Origin: a virus
Taxonomy: Duplodnaviria > Caudoviricetes
IMG/VR virus record: IMGVR_UViG_3300018089_000003
Coordinates: 1 to 54,009 of that record
Length of the DNA: 54,009 bases
Strand: one strand, 5' to 3'
The position numbers and the translations under genes are program-made. The notes beneath the pieces were generated by a model. The model searched no databases and was not told the origin of the DNA. It saw only the letters and a program-made list of their open reading frames with translations. Below are positions 36,512 to 47,451 of this stretch, in pieces (the stretch's first letter is position 1; every line of letters begins with the position of its first letter).

Positions 36512-37551
36512 CAGCCCGGGCGCGTGCGAGGCGCGCGGAACTTGCTGATGGTGGTGGGCGCACCTCACTTCGCCCGCCGCTGCCGGCCCCCGGTGGCGGC
36601 GTTCATGGAAGCGCTCCGGGCCGGGGCGCTCAAAGTGAGGACCGGTCCCCTGAGCCGCTCCAGGAGATGGAGGGCGGCGACTCTACGGACGCTGCGGCGG
36701 GGACGGAGACCCGCTGTACGACCACGACCGAGGAGCGCGGGACCTCTGCGCAAGCATGCGGGAAGGGTCCCCTCCGCAGTACATGCCTCGGAGCCGGTTC
36801 GACTCCGGCCAGCGTCCCAGTCTCCGCCCCCTCCCGCCTCGCCGAGCTCGGAGGCGCCGAGCCGTCCCGCGAGGAGCAGGCGGCGAACCTCGTCGAGAAC
36901 ACGGGGGGCGCCGCGCTCCCGACGCGGTTCGGCCGCACCTGGGAAGAGCACGTCGAGGCATGGAAGGCCGCTGGCCGCATGGTCGAGGACGCCCTGTGGA
37001 CTCGGGCAGCCATCGCCTACAGCGCGCGCGCGACCTTCAAGACCAAGGGTGTCGAGGAGTTCGCGGCGGCCATCAAGCAGACCCCGACGCGCATCTACCA
37101 GCTCGCCCGGGTCTTCGAGGCATGGCCTGACGAGGAAAAACGTTTTCTGCTGTCGTTCTCCCATCATCAGCTGGCCGCGGCTACCGACGACCCTCGCGCC
37201 ACGCTCGAGAAGGCGCGGGCCGAGGGCTGGACGACGGTAGCGAAGATGCGCGCCGGGTTGGGCCTCGCGCCGGCGCCATCGGGGGGACCAGGATCCCCCG
37301 ATCCGGCTCCAGCATCCCCCGATGCGCGGCAGGCCCGCGAGCTCGCGGACCAGGCCGAGGCCGCGCAGGAGGCGCCCCGCGGCCCCATCTCGAACGCCTC
37401 CCGCCTCGATGCCCTCCGTACCGCAGGTCAGGCGCTCTACGAGGAGTGGGACGAGGCCGAGCCCTACGAGCCCCTGATCCGGTGGGCGAAGGAGTTCACC
37501 CGGCATGTCGAGGCCCTCGAGGCCGCGCGGGCGGCGAGGAGCGGGGCATGA
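36508..37551 (+). CDS. Hypothetical DNA-binding protein (LmbU-like central region)
   Basis: LARVFE...LSFSHHQLAA...LEKARAEGWT; start uncertain. Confidence 0.45.
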   Translation: MTARARARRAELADGGGRTSLRPPLPAPGGGVHGSAPGRGAQSEDRSPEPLQEMEGGDSTDAAAGTETRCTTTTEERGTSAQACGKGPLRSTCLGAGSTPASVPVSAPSRLAELGGAEPSREEQAANLVENTGGAALPTRFGRTWEEHVEAWKAAGRMVEDALWTRAAIAYSARATFKTKGVEEFAAAIKQTPTRIYQLARVFEAWPDEEKRFLLSFSHHQLAAATDDPRATLEKARAEGWTTVAKMRAGLGLAPAPSGGPGSPDPAPASPDARQARELADQAEAAQEAPRGPISNASRLDALRTAGQALYEEWDEAEPYEPLIRWAKEFTRHVEALEAARAARSGA

Positions 37552-37840
37552 GCTTCTTCGAGCAGCAGACTGATAGCGGCTGGCGCTGCGACGGCTGCGG
37601 TCGCGTCGGGCCGTGGGGGCCGAAGTGGCAAACCTACGGGTCAATGGCCGAGCAAGAAGAGGGGATCTTGCGCTGGGTCGCGTGCAGCGCGAGCTGCGCG
37701 AAGCGGATGCCTCCAGCGCTCCGCGGCGGTCCGCCCGCAGGCATGCGGGGGCGCTGGGATGAGGTGCGCGCTTACGTCGAGGCCGAGCGCGCCAAGGCCC
37801 ATGCCGCGCGGGACGAGCGGCCGGCGGAGGAGGGCGAGGG

Positions 37841-38437
37841 ATGAACGTCCTGATTGCCTGTGAGTTCAGCGGCATCGTTCGAGACGCCTTCCGCAAAGCG
37901 GGCCATGACGCCATCAGTGTCGACCTGCTCCCGACCGAAGGAAGTCCACGCTGGCACATCAAGGGCGACATCCGCGAGGTGCTGGACGCTTCTGTGCCGG
38001 GGCAGTGGGACCCGATGATCGCCTTCCCGCCATGCACGTATCTGTGCCGGAGCGGCATCCACTGGAACAGGACGCGGCCGGAGCGCGCGGCGAAGACCGA
38101 GGAGGCGCTCTGTTTCGTGCGGCTCCTCATGGACGCCCTGATCCCCCGCGTCGCCCTCGAGAACCCAGTGGGCGTCATCTCGAGCCGCATCCGCAAGCCC
38201 GACCAGGTGATCCACCCCCATCAGTTCGGGCATCCCGAGAACAAGGCCACATGCCTGTGGCTCAAGAACCTGCCGCCACTCGAGCCGACCGACCGCGTGT
38301 TCCCGCTCGTGGACCGTGTGCACCGCGCCGCGCCGGGTCCTGACCGGTGGCGTGAGCGGAGTCGGACGCTTCCCGGCATTGCTGCCGCCATGGCCGCGCA
38401 ATGGTCGAGGCTCGGCGCATCATCGGAGGCCGCGTGA
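37841..38437 (+). CDS. Short DNA cytosine methyltransferase-like protein
   Basis: VLIACEFSG, FPPC catalytic motif, ENP motif. Confidence 0.75.
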   Translation: MNVLIACEFSGIVRDAFRKAGHDAISVDLLPTEGSPRWHIKGDIREVLDASVPGQWDPMIAFPPCTYLCRSGIHWNRTRPERAAKTEEALCFVRLLMDALIPRVALENPVGVISSRIRKPDQVIHPHQFGHPENKATCLWLKNLPPLEPTDRVFPLVDRVHRAAPGPDRWRERSRTLPGIAAAMAAQWSRLGASSEAA

Positions 38438-38621
38438 CCGCCCGCACCTCCGCCCTCGCCGCGCATGGCGCGCCCACCGTCCCGATGCTCCGGGTCCACT
38501 GCTGGACCCACGCCTACGCCCCTCCCCTGACCAGCCGCTACGAGGCGGCGTGCCGGCGCGGGGAGCCGCTCCAGCCGTTCTGCGGCATCCGCCTCATCCC
38601 GGCCGCCGCGAGTGGTGAGCG

Positions 38622-39146
38622 ATGACCCGCAACCCTCGCCACCGCCGCCCCAAGGAACTCGGCCCCCACAAGCTCGGGGTGTGCCGCTGGTGCGGCGGGC
38701 CGGCTCGGCCCCCGCGGCGATACTGGTGCTCGGATCGCTGCGTCCGGGAATGGCAGAGCTTCGACCCGCGCGCGCTGCGGGTAGCGTGCTGGAAGCGAGA
38801 CGGCGGGCTCTGCCGTCTCTGTGGGCGCGACGTCGGCCAGCTTGAGCGCTTCCTACGGCGGATGCGCGACACCGCAAAGCGGGCAGGCTGGCATCCAGAG
38901 CGCGTCCCGGCCGAGCTGGCGAAGCGGGCTCGGCGTTGGGCTGGACTCATCCGCCAGCTGCGCATCGACCTCCGGCACCTCTGGGAGGCCGACCACAAGA
39001 TCCCGGTCTGCGAGGGCGGCCCGAACTGCCTCGCCAACCTTCGCACGCTCTGCCTGCCCTGCCACAAGGCCGAGACCAAGAAGCTCGCCGCGCGGCGCGC
39101 CCAGAAGCGCCGGGCGCAGCTGCCCCTCATCCCCGCTTCCGCCTGA
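38622..39146 (+). CDS. HNH endonuclease
   Basis: RDGGLC.LC...EADHKIPVCEGG....NLRTLC.PCH. Confidence 0.85.
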   Translation: MTRNPRHRRPKELGPHKLGVCRWCGGPARPPRRYWCSDRCVREWQSFDPRALRVACWKRDGGLCRLCGRDVGQLERFLRRMRDTAKRAGWHPERVPAELAKRARRWAGLIRQLRIDLRHLWEADHKIPVCEGGPNCLANLRTLCLPCHKAETKKLAARRAQKRRAQLPLIPASA

Positions 39147-39748
39147 GAGGACCACCATGCCCACCGCCACCCCAGCCACGGCCGCACAGCGAGCGCTCGG
39201 TTGCCGCGCCACGCCGCTTTCCCGTCTCGAGCTCCTCCAACTCCACCACCTCGTGTCCTACCTAGCCCTGAGCGAGGACGGCGTGATGCGGCTGACGCCG
39301 TACCCTGAGATCGCCGAGAAGCTCCACCTCCGCGGCGAGAGCTGCGTCTGGCATCACGCCGGATCGGTGCGGCCTGCGGGGTGTGACGGCAGGTGCGAGC
39401 CCGACGTGACCGGATGGTGGCTGCCGGGGATGGTGGCGCCGTGACGTGGCTCGGCCTGTTCACAGGTCTCGGCGGGCTCGGCGTCGCCTTCGTCGCGCAC
39501 TGCCTGTCCCTGCTCGATCGCCGCCGCGCCGTCGATGCGCTCAACCGTGCCCGTCACCGACTCCAGCGCATCCGCTATCGAGAGCGCGAGGCGGCGCAGG
39601 TCCTTGCTGAGGCGCGCAGGGTCCGGGAGGAGGCGGCCACGATGCTGACCCGCGCAGCCGAGGTAGGGCACCAGGCAACGCTGCTCGCCTGGCACAACGC
39701 GCAGTGGGAGCACGCGATGCGGCACGGGGGTAGGGCGGGGAGGACGGC

Positions 39749-40405
39749 ATGCTGACGCCCTACTACTCCGACGCGCTCGTGACGCTGTACCACGGGGACT
39801 GCAGGGAGGTGCGGGACTGGCTCGCCGCGGATGTGCTCGCGACAGATCCACCGTACGGCATCGCCTACAACTCTGGGCACGAGGGCGATCTCCCGCGCAG
39901 CATCCAGGGCGACGAAGACACCTCGGTCCGCGACTGGGCACTGCAGGTGTGGGGCGAGCGACCGGCGCTCGTGTTCGGCTCGTGGCGTAGGCCGCGGCCA
40001 GTCGGCACGCGCATGCTGCTCGTCTGGGATACGAAGGGCGCGCTAGGGATGGGCGATCTGTCGCTGCCCTGGAAGCCGGCGCACCAAGAAGTCTATGTGC
40101 TCGGATCCGGGTTTGTCGGCTACCGCGGCACGGACGTGTTGTGTCACGCGCCGGTGCAATCGCTCGCGGCGAATGGGCGGAGGCACCCGCACGAGAAGCC
40201 AATCCCGCTCATGCTCGATCTGCTCGGCAAATGTCCCCCTGGCGTCGTAGCTGACCCCTTCTGCGGCATCGGCACAACCCTTCGCGCCGCCAAGGACCTC
40301 AACCGCCGCGCCATCGGCATCGAGATCGAGGAGCGCTACTGCGAGATCGCGGCGAAGCGGCTCTCGCAAGAGGTCTTCACGTTCCCGGCGGAGTCCGCAT
40401 GCTGA
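39749..40405 (+). CDS. DNA N6-adenine/N4-cytosine methyltransferase (beta class)
   Basis: TDPPYG, HPHEKP, DPFCGIGTT, IGIEIEERYC. Confidence 0.9.
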   Translation: MLTPYYSDALVTLYHGDCREVRDWLAADVLATDPPYGIAYNSGHEGDLPRSIQGDEDTSVRDWALQVWGERPALVFGSWRRPRPVGTRMLLVWDTKGALGMGDLSLPWKPAHQEVYVLGSGFVGYRGTDVLCHAPVQSLAANGRRHPHEKPIPLMLDLLGKCPPGVVADPFCGIGTTLRAAKDLNRRAIGIEIEERYCEIAAKRLSQEVFTFPAESAC

Positions 40406-40791
40406 CCCTCACCCCGTCCGATCGCGCCCTGATTCACGGCGAGTTCTCAACGTCCCTCGACTACGACGCAGCCGCTGACCGCCTGTGCGAGCAGTTGGGC
40501 CTGGACGGCTCCGTTCGGGAGCTGATCTCGGCGCTACTCGAAGAGGCGTACGAGCAGGGGAAGGTGGCCGGCGAGCATCGCGAGGCCGAGGGCTACGAGG
40601 AGGAAGGCTCGTGATCCCGATCGCTTATCCGCGCTGCGCGGGGAACCACTTCGGTATGCGGGCGGAGTTGTGGCGAGAGTACCCGGTCCTGCTGGACCAT
40701 GTCGGCGAGCACTCGCTGGAGAAGTGCACTCCATGGCCGGAACTCACGGACGCAACGGCAGCAATCGTGAAGAGGGTTGGAGGAAGTCTCC

Positions 40792-41688
40792 GTGATCGGT
40801 AAACGAGTCGGTGAGTTGGTCGTCATCGCCGAGCTTCCGCGCCGCAAGTCAGGACCACGCCTACGCAAGATGTGGCTGTGCCGGTGCGATTGCGGAACAA
40901 CCGTTGAGGTTCGTGACGACGCTCTAGGGAGAGCCGTGCGAGGGGTAAGCAGATGCAGGAAGTGCAAATACAAACGCAACGCGGCATTGTCTAGGCGGCC
41001 ACTCGAGGCCAGCTTCTGGAAGCGCGTTTCGCCGGAACCAAACACGGGCTGCTGGCTATGGATCGGGGCGTATCACTCGTTTGGATATGGCGTCATCGGC
41101 AGAAAGACCGGCGAAAAGAAGTGGTTCATATCTGCGCACCGCTTGTCGTGGCAGCTCCACAACGGCGAGATACCGGCCGGCAAGGAGGTGTGTCATCGCT
41201 GCGACAACCCTACGTGCTGCAACCCGGCGCACCTATTCCTCGGTACGCACCGTGAGAACATGTATGACGCAGCTTGCAAATGGAGGATGAGTCGCGCCTT
41301 TACCCGCGAGCAGGCGGTGGAGGTGTTGAAGCGCCGCGCGGCAGGGGAACCGGTAGCGGCCCTAGCCATAAGGTGCGGTGTCTCGCCGCAAGCCATCATG
41401 CGCCTTCGACGGTATGCGCGGGAACTGGGGGTGCCAGAGGCTGGGCGGCGGCGCTCGCCAGCATCGGTAGGCCTGCCGAATGGGCTGACTGTGCGGGACG
41501 TCGCGGAAGCCAGCGGGCTGCCACTGGACACAGTCTATGAGCGCTGGCGGCGCGGGTGGAGCGTGGAGGATCTGGGATTGCCGTTGGGCCAATACGGCGG
41601 CAGGCGAGGAAAGGGCAAGAAGGAACGCCCCGCTGTGACTCGGGACAGGAACGTGAAGATCGTTGCGGGAACGTTGGAGGTCGCGTGA
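40792..41688 (+). CDS. HNH homing endonuclease
   Basis: WLCRCDCG, GCWLW.G, AHRLSW, VCHRCDNP.CCNPAHL.LGT..ENM; lower GC. Confidence 0.85.
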   Translation: MIGKRVGELVVIAELPRRKSGPRLRKMWLCRCDCGTTVEVRDDALGRAVRGVSRCRKCKYKRNAALSRRPLEASFWKRVSPEPNTGCWLWIGAYHSFGYGVIGRKTGEKKWFISAHRLSWQLHNGEIPAGKEVCHRCDNPTCCNPAHLFLGTHRENMYDAACKWRMSRAFTREQAVEVLKRRAAGEPVAALAIRCGVSPQAIMRLRRYARELGVPEAGRRRSPASVGLPNGLTVRDVAEASGLPLDTVYERWRRGWSVEDLGLPLGQYGGRRGKGKKERPAVTRDRNVKIVAGTLEVA

Positions 41689-41750
41689 GCGCGCTTGATC
41701 TTCTGGAAACCGCCGCCCGGCGCGCGCTTGGCCTGGGCGGGACATAGGCC

Positions 41751-42638
41751 ATGGCCCCCCGGTACCGAAAGATCACGGTGGCGATCTGGGGCGACGCCCG
41801 ATTCAGGGCGCTGAGCCAGATCCCTCCGTGCGCACAAGGGTTGTGGCTCTACCTGCTGACGGGCCGGGAGACCATCAAGGTTCCGGGGCTCATCCCCGCC
41901 GGCAAGCACGCGCTCGCCGAATCGCTCAAGTGGAAGCCGGAAGCCTTCGCCAAGGCGTGGGCAGAGATTGAGCACCAAGGCATGGCCTTGGCCGACTGGG
42001 ACGCCCCGCTGGTCTGGGTTCCCAACGCCATCCGCCACAACGAACCGGAGTCGCCGAACGTGGTGGTTGGGTGGCGTGATGCGTGGCTAGAGGTCCCTGA
42101 TTGTGAGCTGAAACACAAGGCGTGGCGAGGGCTTAAAGGCTATCTGGAAACCATGGGCTTAGCCTTCGGGAAAGCGTTCTCCGAAGGCGCCCCGGAGCCG
42201 GAGTGGGTGGGTCAGCGTCACCCTTTGGCGAATCAGGAGCAGGAACAGGAGCAGGAACAGGAGAGAGAAACCTTGCGGCTCGTTCCCGAGCCGCTGGTCG
42301 ACGTGCGCTTCAAGCCGACGATCGATGTGCTCTTCCGAGTTTTCGGCGAACTACGTCCGGGGTCGAAGCCGACCTTCGCGAAGCGGCAGGGGAAGCGGCT
42401 GAAGGACTTCCTCGCTGACCACCAGGACGCAACCGCCGAGGCGGTGGGGAGTCGTTGGCGGCAGAGCCTTTCCCTCGGGAGCAGATACCCCGGAACCGCC
42501 CGGATCGAGCTGTTTCTTGACCGGTGGGATGAGTTCACAACGGGCCCGAATCCCGCAGCGAACGGCGCAGCCAAGAAACGCACCATGGCCCCGATTGGCG
42601 ACTGGGAAGACCCAGCGAAAGCGAGCGAAACCCTGTGA
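41751..42638 (+). CDS. Replication initiator protein
   Basis: YRKI...IW.D.RF..LS, LYLLT, QEQEQEQE linker; upstream of DnaC-like gene. Confidence 0.7.
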   Translation: MAPRYRKITVAIWGDARFRALSQIPPCAQGLWLYLLTGRETIKVPGLIPAGKHALAESLKWKPEAFAKAWAEIEHQGMALADWDAPLVWVPNAIRHNEPESPNVVVGWRDAWLEVPDCELKHKAWRGLKGYLETMGLAFGKAFSEGAPEPEWVGQRHPLANQEQEQEQEQERETLRLVPEPLVDVRFKPTIDVLFRVFGELRPGSKPTFAKRQGKRLKDFLADHQDATAEAVGSRWRQSLSLGSRYPGTARIELFLDRWDEFTTGPNPAANGAAKKRTMAPIGDWEDPAKASETL

Positions 42639-43285
42639 GCGTGTACGACCGGATCAAGAAACGCATCGCCGAGCGCTACGCGGACCTCGAGTTCGCGAAG
42701 CGGATGGGCGAAGCGGAGGCCCGCATCAAGACGCTGGAGCTCTCCGAGCGGCTGTACTACCGCCGGCAGTCCCTGCTTCGCTGGCGGGTCCCGGAAGCGA
42801 CGTGGCCGCATTTGGACGCGCCGCAGGCCACCGACGCATGGCGGGCCAGCGCGGCGTTCCTCGAGGCCGATGCCGCGGAGGAACGGTTCCTGGTGCTCGC
42901 TGGACCGCGCGGCCGCGGGAAGACCGTGGCGGAGTCGTGGATGGTTGCTCAGCTCAGCGGCCGGTACTTCCTCGCGCAGGACCTCGTGCGGCTCTCGAGC
43001 TTCGACCGGGCGCTCTGGGACGAGCTCTCCTCGGTGGCCCTGCTCGCGATCGACGACCTCGGTAGCGAGCGCGGAAACGATGAGTTCGACGCGAACCTGT
43101 ACGCGCTCCTGGACGGCCGCTTCCGGCGGCTGCGCAAGACGGCGCTGGCGACGAACTTGACCGCCTCGCAGTTCCGCGAGCGCTACGCATCGGGGCCGAT
43201 GGCTCGTCTTCACGAGCGGCTCGTGACCGGTGGCGAGTGGGTCAACCTGCCGGGTGTGACGATGCGTGCAGTGGGGGCGCCGTGA
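42635..43285 (+). CDS. DnaC/IstB-like ATPase (helicase loader)
   Basis: GPRGRGKT, LLAIDDLGSE, TNL. Confidence 0.85.
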   Translation: MSVYDRIKKRIAERYADLEFAKRMGEAEARIKTLELSERLYYRRQSLLRWRVPEATWPHLDAPQATDAWRASAAFLEADAAEERFLVLAGPRGRGKTVAESWMVAQLSGRYFLAQDLVRLSSFDRALWDELSSVALLAIDDLGSERGNDEFDANLYALLDGRFRRLRKTALATNLTASQFRERYASGPMARLHERLVTGGEWVNLPGVTMRAVGAP

Positions 43286-44272
43286 GTCGCCCACCCCCTC
43301 CCCTGCGCATCTGCGCCCGCTTCCGCGAGGGGCTGCGCTGGGTGGTCGAGCTGCGGCGGCAGAACGGCAAGGCGGTGTGGGTAGAGGGCTCGACGAAGGA
43401 CGAAGCGGAACGGCGTGCCGCCGAAGAGATCGCGGCGGCGGATCGGAGAGCGTGATGGGCGCGAGGAAGAGCGATCCATGCAGCAGGGGTTGCGGCCGGC
43501 GGGCGTACACGGCTAGCGGCGTGTGCTGGTCGTGCGCTACCGGGCGCGCCGCTCCGGAGCCGAAGGTGGAACTTCTCTCGGATTCCTACCTCGCACGGTG
43601 CGTCGAGGAGGCGATCCGTCGCGAGGATGAGCGGAAGCGCGAAGTCGAGGAGGGCCGAGCGAGGCTCAGCGCTGCGGTGGTGCGGCTCGTCCAGGCGAGG
43701 ACCGCATGACCTGGACCCTCTCCTGTCTCCTGCTGGCGCTGGCAGTGCTCACCCTCCTCGCCCTCTCCCTCGCCCTGTGGTGGATCCACAGGCAGGGGAG
43801 GGTTCACCGGAAGGAAGAGGAGCGAATCCCGAATCCCGACAGGTTGGCGGGAGCGGTGTGGCCGGAACGCGATGAACTGGGGAGGCGTTGGCGATGACGC
43901 TGCGTGAACGGTACGAGCGTGAGGAGCCGCGCTGCCCGTCCTGCGGCTACACGGTTCGCGACTGCCGCGAGCTGATGGACCACCGATTCTGCGGCGCGCC
44001 TAGCCCGGCAGCGGCGTGCCCGCTCTGCGATGACGTCGGCTGCGACGTGTGCCGGCGGCGATATGGCGAGGTGAGACCGTGACCACCCACCCCCTCACCA
44101 CCCTCGTCGAGCAACTCCGCGCCCAGGCGTGGAGGGCCTACGCGAAGGCGTGCCAACACGACGCTCGCTGGGACAATGACGCGCGCATCAAGGAGCTCGG
44201 CTGGCACGGCGGCCTCATGTCCGCGGCGGACCAGCTCGAGGCGGTGGCGCGGGAACTGATCGGGAGGGGCAC

Positions 44273-44641
44273 ATGAACAGCGCACGCAGCGGCCACCTGG
44301 ATTCGTTCCGCCTCCACGACGACGCCGAGTACTCCAGGCGTCTGGACGAGATGGTCAAGCGGGAGATGCACGCCGATACGGAGCGCACGCCCGCTGCGTG
44401 GGGCTCGCGCGGCGGGCAGTGGCGGAGGCTGACGCAGGCGGAGCGGCGTTCGCCGCGCACCGATCGCGGCGCCAACCAAGGGGTGAGCGAGGCTGCCGTG
44501 ACGAGGATGCTGCGGCTGCGCCGCGAGGAGGGGCTTACGTACGCGCAGCTGGCGGAGCGGTTCGGGCTGACGGACGGGGCCGTGCAGCGCCGGCTGGCCC
44601 CGCTCGAAAAAGCGGCCGGACCCATTGCTATCGGGATCTAA
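44273..44641 (+). CDS. HTH protein
   Basis: EGLTYAQLAERFGLTDGAVQRRL. Confidence 0.6.
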   Translation: MNSARSGHLDSFRLHDDAEYSRRLDEMVKREMHADTERTPAAWGSRGGQWRRLTQAERRSPRTDRGANQGVSEAAVTRMLRLRREEGLTYAQLAERFGLTDGAVQRRLAPLEKAAGPIAIGI

Positions 44642-45474
44642 TCGCGCTATGCGAGTGGACATGACAAAAGGTCAACTGTTGGAGTCGCAATACCGAAAGC
44701 GGGCGGGCGCCACGGAGATGAGGCTGTGGTGCGAGGAGTGCGCGAAGAACTTCTGGCGGCCCGTGGTCCGGGGCGCCCGGCCGCAGCGCTGCCCGCGGTG
44801 CAAGGCGAGGCATCCGAGGGTGCAGAGGAAGGCGGCGTGATGGGGACCGAGATCGCTCGGCGCTGGTTCATCTTCGGCGAGAGCGCCGATCGCGTGGATA
44901 TCGCCGACACGGAAGGCGACGTGATCTGCGGCGTCCCGCGCGCCGACGCCGAACGGCTGATCGCGACGCATGATGCGATCTGCGATCTCGCGGAGGATCT
45001 GGAACGGCTGACTGCCTCTCGCGGGACCGCTACCTGGCCGCTGATTCTCAAGTACCGGGAGAAGTTGGCGGCCATCCGGAAGGTGGCGTGATGGCCACGG
45101 CGAAGTACTTCCTCCGGCTGCTGTTCCATGGGTTCGACCACGACCCAGCCCCGGGCGAGACGGGCGCACTCTTCCTGTTGCGGCTCTGCGTGGGGTACTC
45201 GGCGTTCGTGCTCGTCGTCCTGGTCGCGCAAGAGGTTTGGAGACTCCTCCGCTGATGCCCCCCACGCGTACAGATTCGCCCGGAGAGCGACGCAACGGCT
45301 CCGAGCCGTGCGAGGGGGGCCGGGACGCGCCAGCGGGGCGCCAGGTGCGTCAGACGGTGTGCGCGGGGTGCGGCAAGAAGGTCTTCACGCGGGAGGACGT
45401 ACCGTTCGGGTGGCGGGGGAAGCTGTGTCGGCGCTGTACGAGTTTGGCGGGGTTGCTCACGGAGAAGTGACGAC

Positions 45475-45777
45475 ATGCCGAGGCTCCGCAAGAAGCCGGT
45501 GGTGATTGAGGCGGTCGAACTGCAGTGGAGCACGTGGGGCGAGATGTGTGAGCACGCGGGAGTGGGAAAACTCGCCGATGGCAAGCCCGAAGGCTGCTAC
45601 GTGGACGCGGAGGGCAAGCAAACCCTGGACGCGAGCGGGAGGATTGGTCTCCTGATCCCGACACTGGAGGGGCTCATGCTCGGTGTCGAGGGCGACTACA
45701 TCATCCGTGGGGTGAAGGGCGAGCTCTATCCGTGCAAACCCGACATCTTCTCCGCCACCTACGAGCCGGCGGACTGA
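45475..45777 (+). CDS. Conserved phage protein
   Basis: RKKPVVIEA...IPTLEG.M....GDYIIRGVKGELYPCKPDIF..TYE. Confidence 0.75.
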   Translation: MPRLRKKPVVIEAVELQWSTWGEMCEHAGVGKLADGKPEGCYVDAEGKQTLDASGRIGLLIPTLEGLMLGVEGDYIIRGVKGELYPCKPDIFSATYEPAD

Positions 45778-46247
45778 TGTCGATCTCCCGCCGAGCCGCC
45801 CGCAAGGACACGGGCGCGACCGATATCGTGGACGCCCTGCGCGCAGCCGGCGTCAAGGTCTGGGTGCTCTCCGGGGAGGGGATCCCGGACCTGCTCACGC
45901 TCTACCGCGGGTGCTGGGGCGTCATGGAACTCAAGCGCGCGGCGAAGGCGGACCGCCTCGACAAGCGGAACGGCCGCGTGTACCGGAGCGAGGCCGGGAA
46001 GCTCACGCCAGCACAAGAGGAGTTCGTAGCTGCTGCGCTCGAGGGCGGCGCCGTGGTTCCGGTGGTCTCCTCGCCCGCCGAGGCCCTGGCGGCGGTCGGG
46101 GTGGGCACGAAGCCGCGGATCGATCCGGAGGTCGTGAAGCGCCTCGAGTCCGCAGGGTCGCTGAATGAGTACCTGAGCGCGGCCCTCGACCTGCCGCCCG
46201 GGATGACGTGGGCGGATCTGGCCGCTGCGGTCCGGCGGGGTGGGTGA
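45777..46247 (+). CDS. VRR-NUC-like nuclease/resolvase
   Basis: GIPDLL...MELK...KLTPAQ PD-(D/E)xK pattern. Confidence 0.75.
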   Translation: MSISRRAARKDTGATDIVDALRAAGVKVWVLSGEGIPDLLTLYRGCWGVMELKRAAKADRLDKRNGRVYRSEAGKLTPAQEEFVAAALEGGAVVPVVSSPAEALAAVGVGTKPRIDPEVVKRLESAGSLNEYLSAALDLPPGMTWADLAAAVRRGG

Positions 46248-46734
46248 GAGCGGGGTGACGGGAGGAAGCGTGGCGGGTGGCGCAGCGCGGCTCAGGGAGC
46301 TCCGGCTGATCTCGGCGCTGCTCGCGTCCGGGGATGCCCGGCGAGCCCTCGAGCAGGTACGGGCCGCCGCGGAGGTCCTTTCCCGCCGAAGGTCTCCCGC
46401 CGAGCAGCTCACGCTCCCATCCCTGCCCGCGCCGCCATCGGAGCCGCGGCCGGTCACCGCCGTCACGGTCCGCATCCGAGCGGCGAAGCGCCCGTGCGCC
46501 TGCGAGGCTCGCCGACCGGCGGTTCACGACACCCGCAAGGCAACCCTGGAGCGCCGCGTAGGGCTCAGAGAGGGCCGGGAGCACTACGACAGCCCCGACG
46601 ACCGGGTAGCGGAGGCCGTCTTCGCCTGGGCGGACTACGACGGGGACGAGGCGGGGTACCATGCAGCCAGAGAGCGTTTCTGGCGTGCGGTGCTGCACCA
46701 TCCGAGGGTCAAGAAGGTTGCTGGGGGAGCGTGA
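46240..46734 (+). CDS. Hypothetical protein
   Basis: 164-aa ORF coupled to neighbours. Confidence 0.45.
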   Translation: MGESGVTGGSVAGGAARLRELRLISALLASGDARRALEQVRAAAEVLSRRRSPAEQLTLPSLPAPPSEPRPVTAVTVRIRAAKRPCACEARRPAVHDTRKATLERRVGLREGREHYDSPDDRVAEAVFAWADYDGDEAGYHAARERFWRAVLHHPRVKKVAGGA

Positions 46735-47108
46735 TGGCTGACATCGATCACGGCGACCATAAGGCGATCAGGGAGTTGCTCTGGAAGATCAACCTGTGCG
46801 GGTGTGGGTCTATCGGCCCCGACGCCGAGTGGAGCATTGTCAGGCTAGTCCTGGAGCGAGCTGAGGCCAGAGAGGACGAGGCGCGTCGAGATCAGACGCC
46901 CAGCCTGTACGACAAGGCCGACGATGCCGCCGGCCGCTGGGTGGAGTTCGCCGCCAAGGTCGTGGACGGCTGGGGCTTGATCGAGCACGGAGGAGGTATC
47001 GGGTACTCCTGGCTTACCGGCACCGGCGGTATGCTGCTGTCCTTCCTGCGCGAGCATGGCACAGATCGGGACGAGTGGCCGGTGTGGGCGACGAGCGAGG
47101 ACGCGTGA
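46734..47108 (+). CDS. Hypothetical protein
   Basis: LCGCG...GLIEHGG.I..SWLT..G motif. Confidence 0.6.
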   Translation: MADIDHGDHKAIRELLWKINLCGCGSIGPDAEWSIVRLVLERAEAREDEARRDQTPSLYDKADDAAGRWVEFAAKVVDGWGLIEHGGGIGYSWLTGTGGMLLSFLREHGTDRDEWPVWATSEDA

Positions 47109-47451
47109 AGCTGACAGGCGAGGGAGGGTAGCGCGATGGCTCTTGACGCGGGGCGGCTGGCGGAAATGAAGCCTGTATCGCTTCCTTCGCGAAGCCTCCA
47201 GCGAACTCATCGCCGAAGTGGAGCGCCTCGCCGCCGCCCTCGGAAGGGAGACGAAGCCGTGAGCCGCCTCAGCACGAAGCAGCGCAGGTCCGCCAGGCGC
47301 AGGCACGCGAGGCCGCTCTGCCACATCGACCGCTCGCTCTACCCGTCCTGGTGGTCCGAAGTGACGGCACAGGAGCCGCTCACCGGAGAGCGCTTCTCCG
47401 AGCTCCTCGAGCAGGTGTGGCGGATACTCAGGGACCAGGAGTAGCCCCGCG

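Noticed and set aside
37841-41688. Restriction-modification system from methylases plus HNH genes
   Set aside because: Genes are interspersed with unrelated small ORFs, and the HNH proteins resemble phage or homing types; no cognate pairing evident.
42234-42262. CAGGA(G/A) tandem repeat as an origin or VNTR
   Set aside because: Encodes the QEQEQE linker commonly seen in phage replication initiators; no evidence for a separate role.
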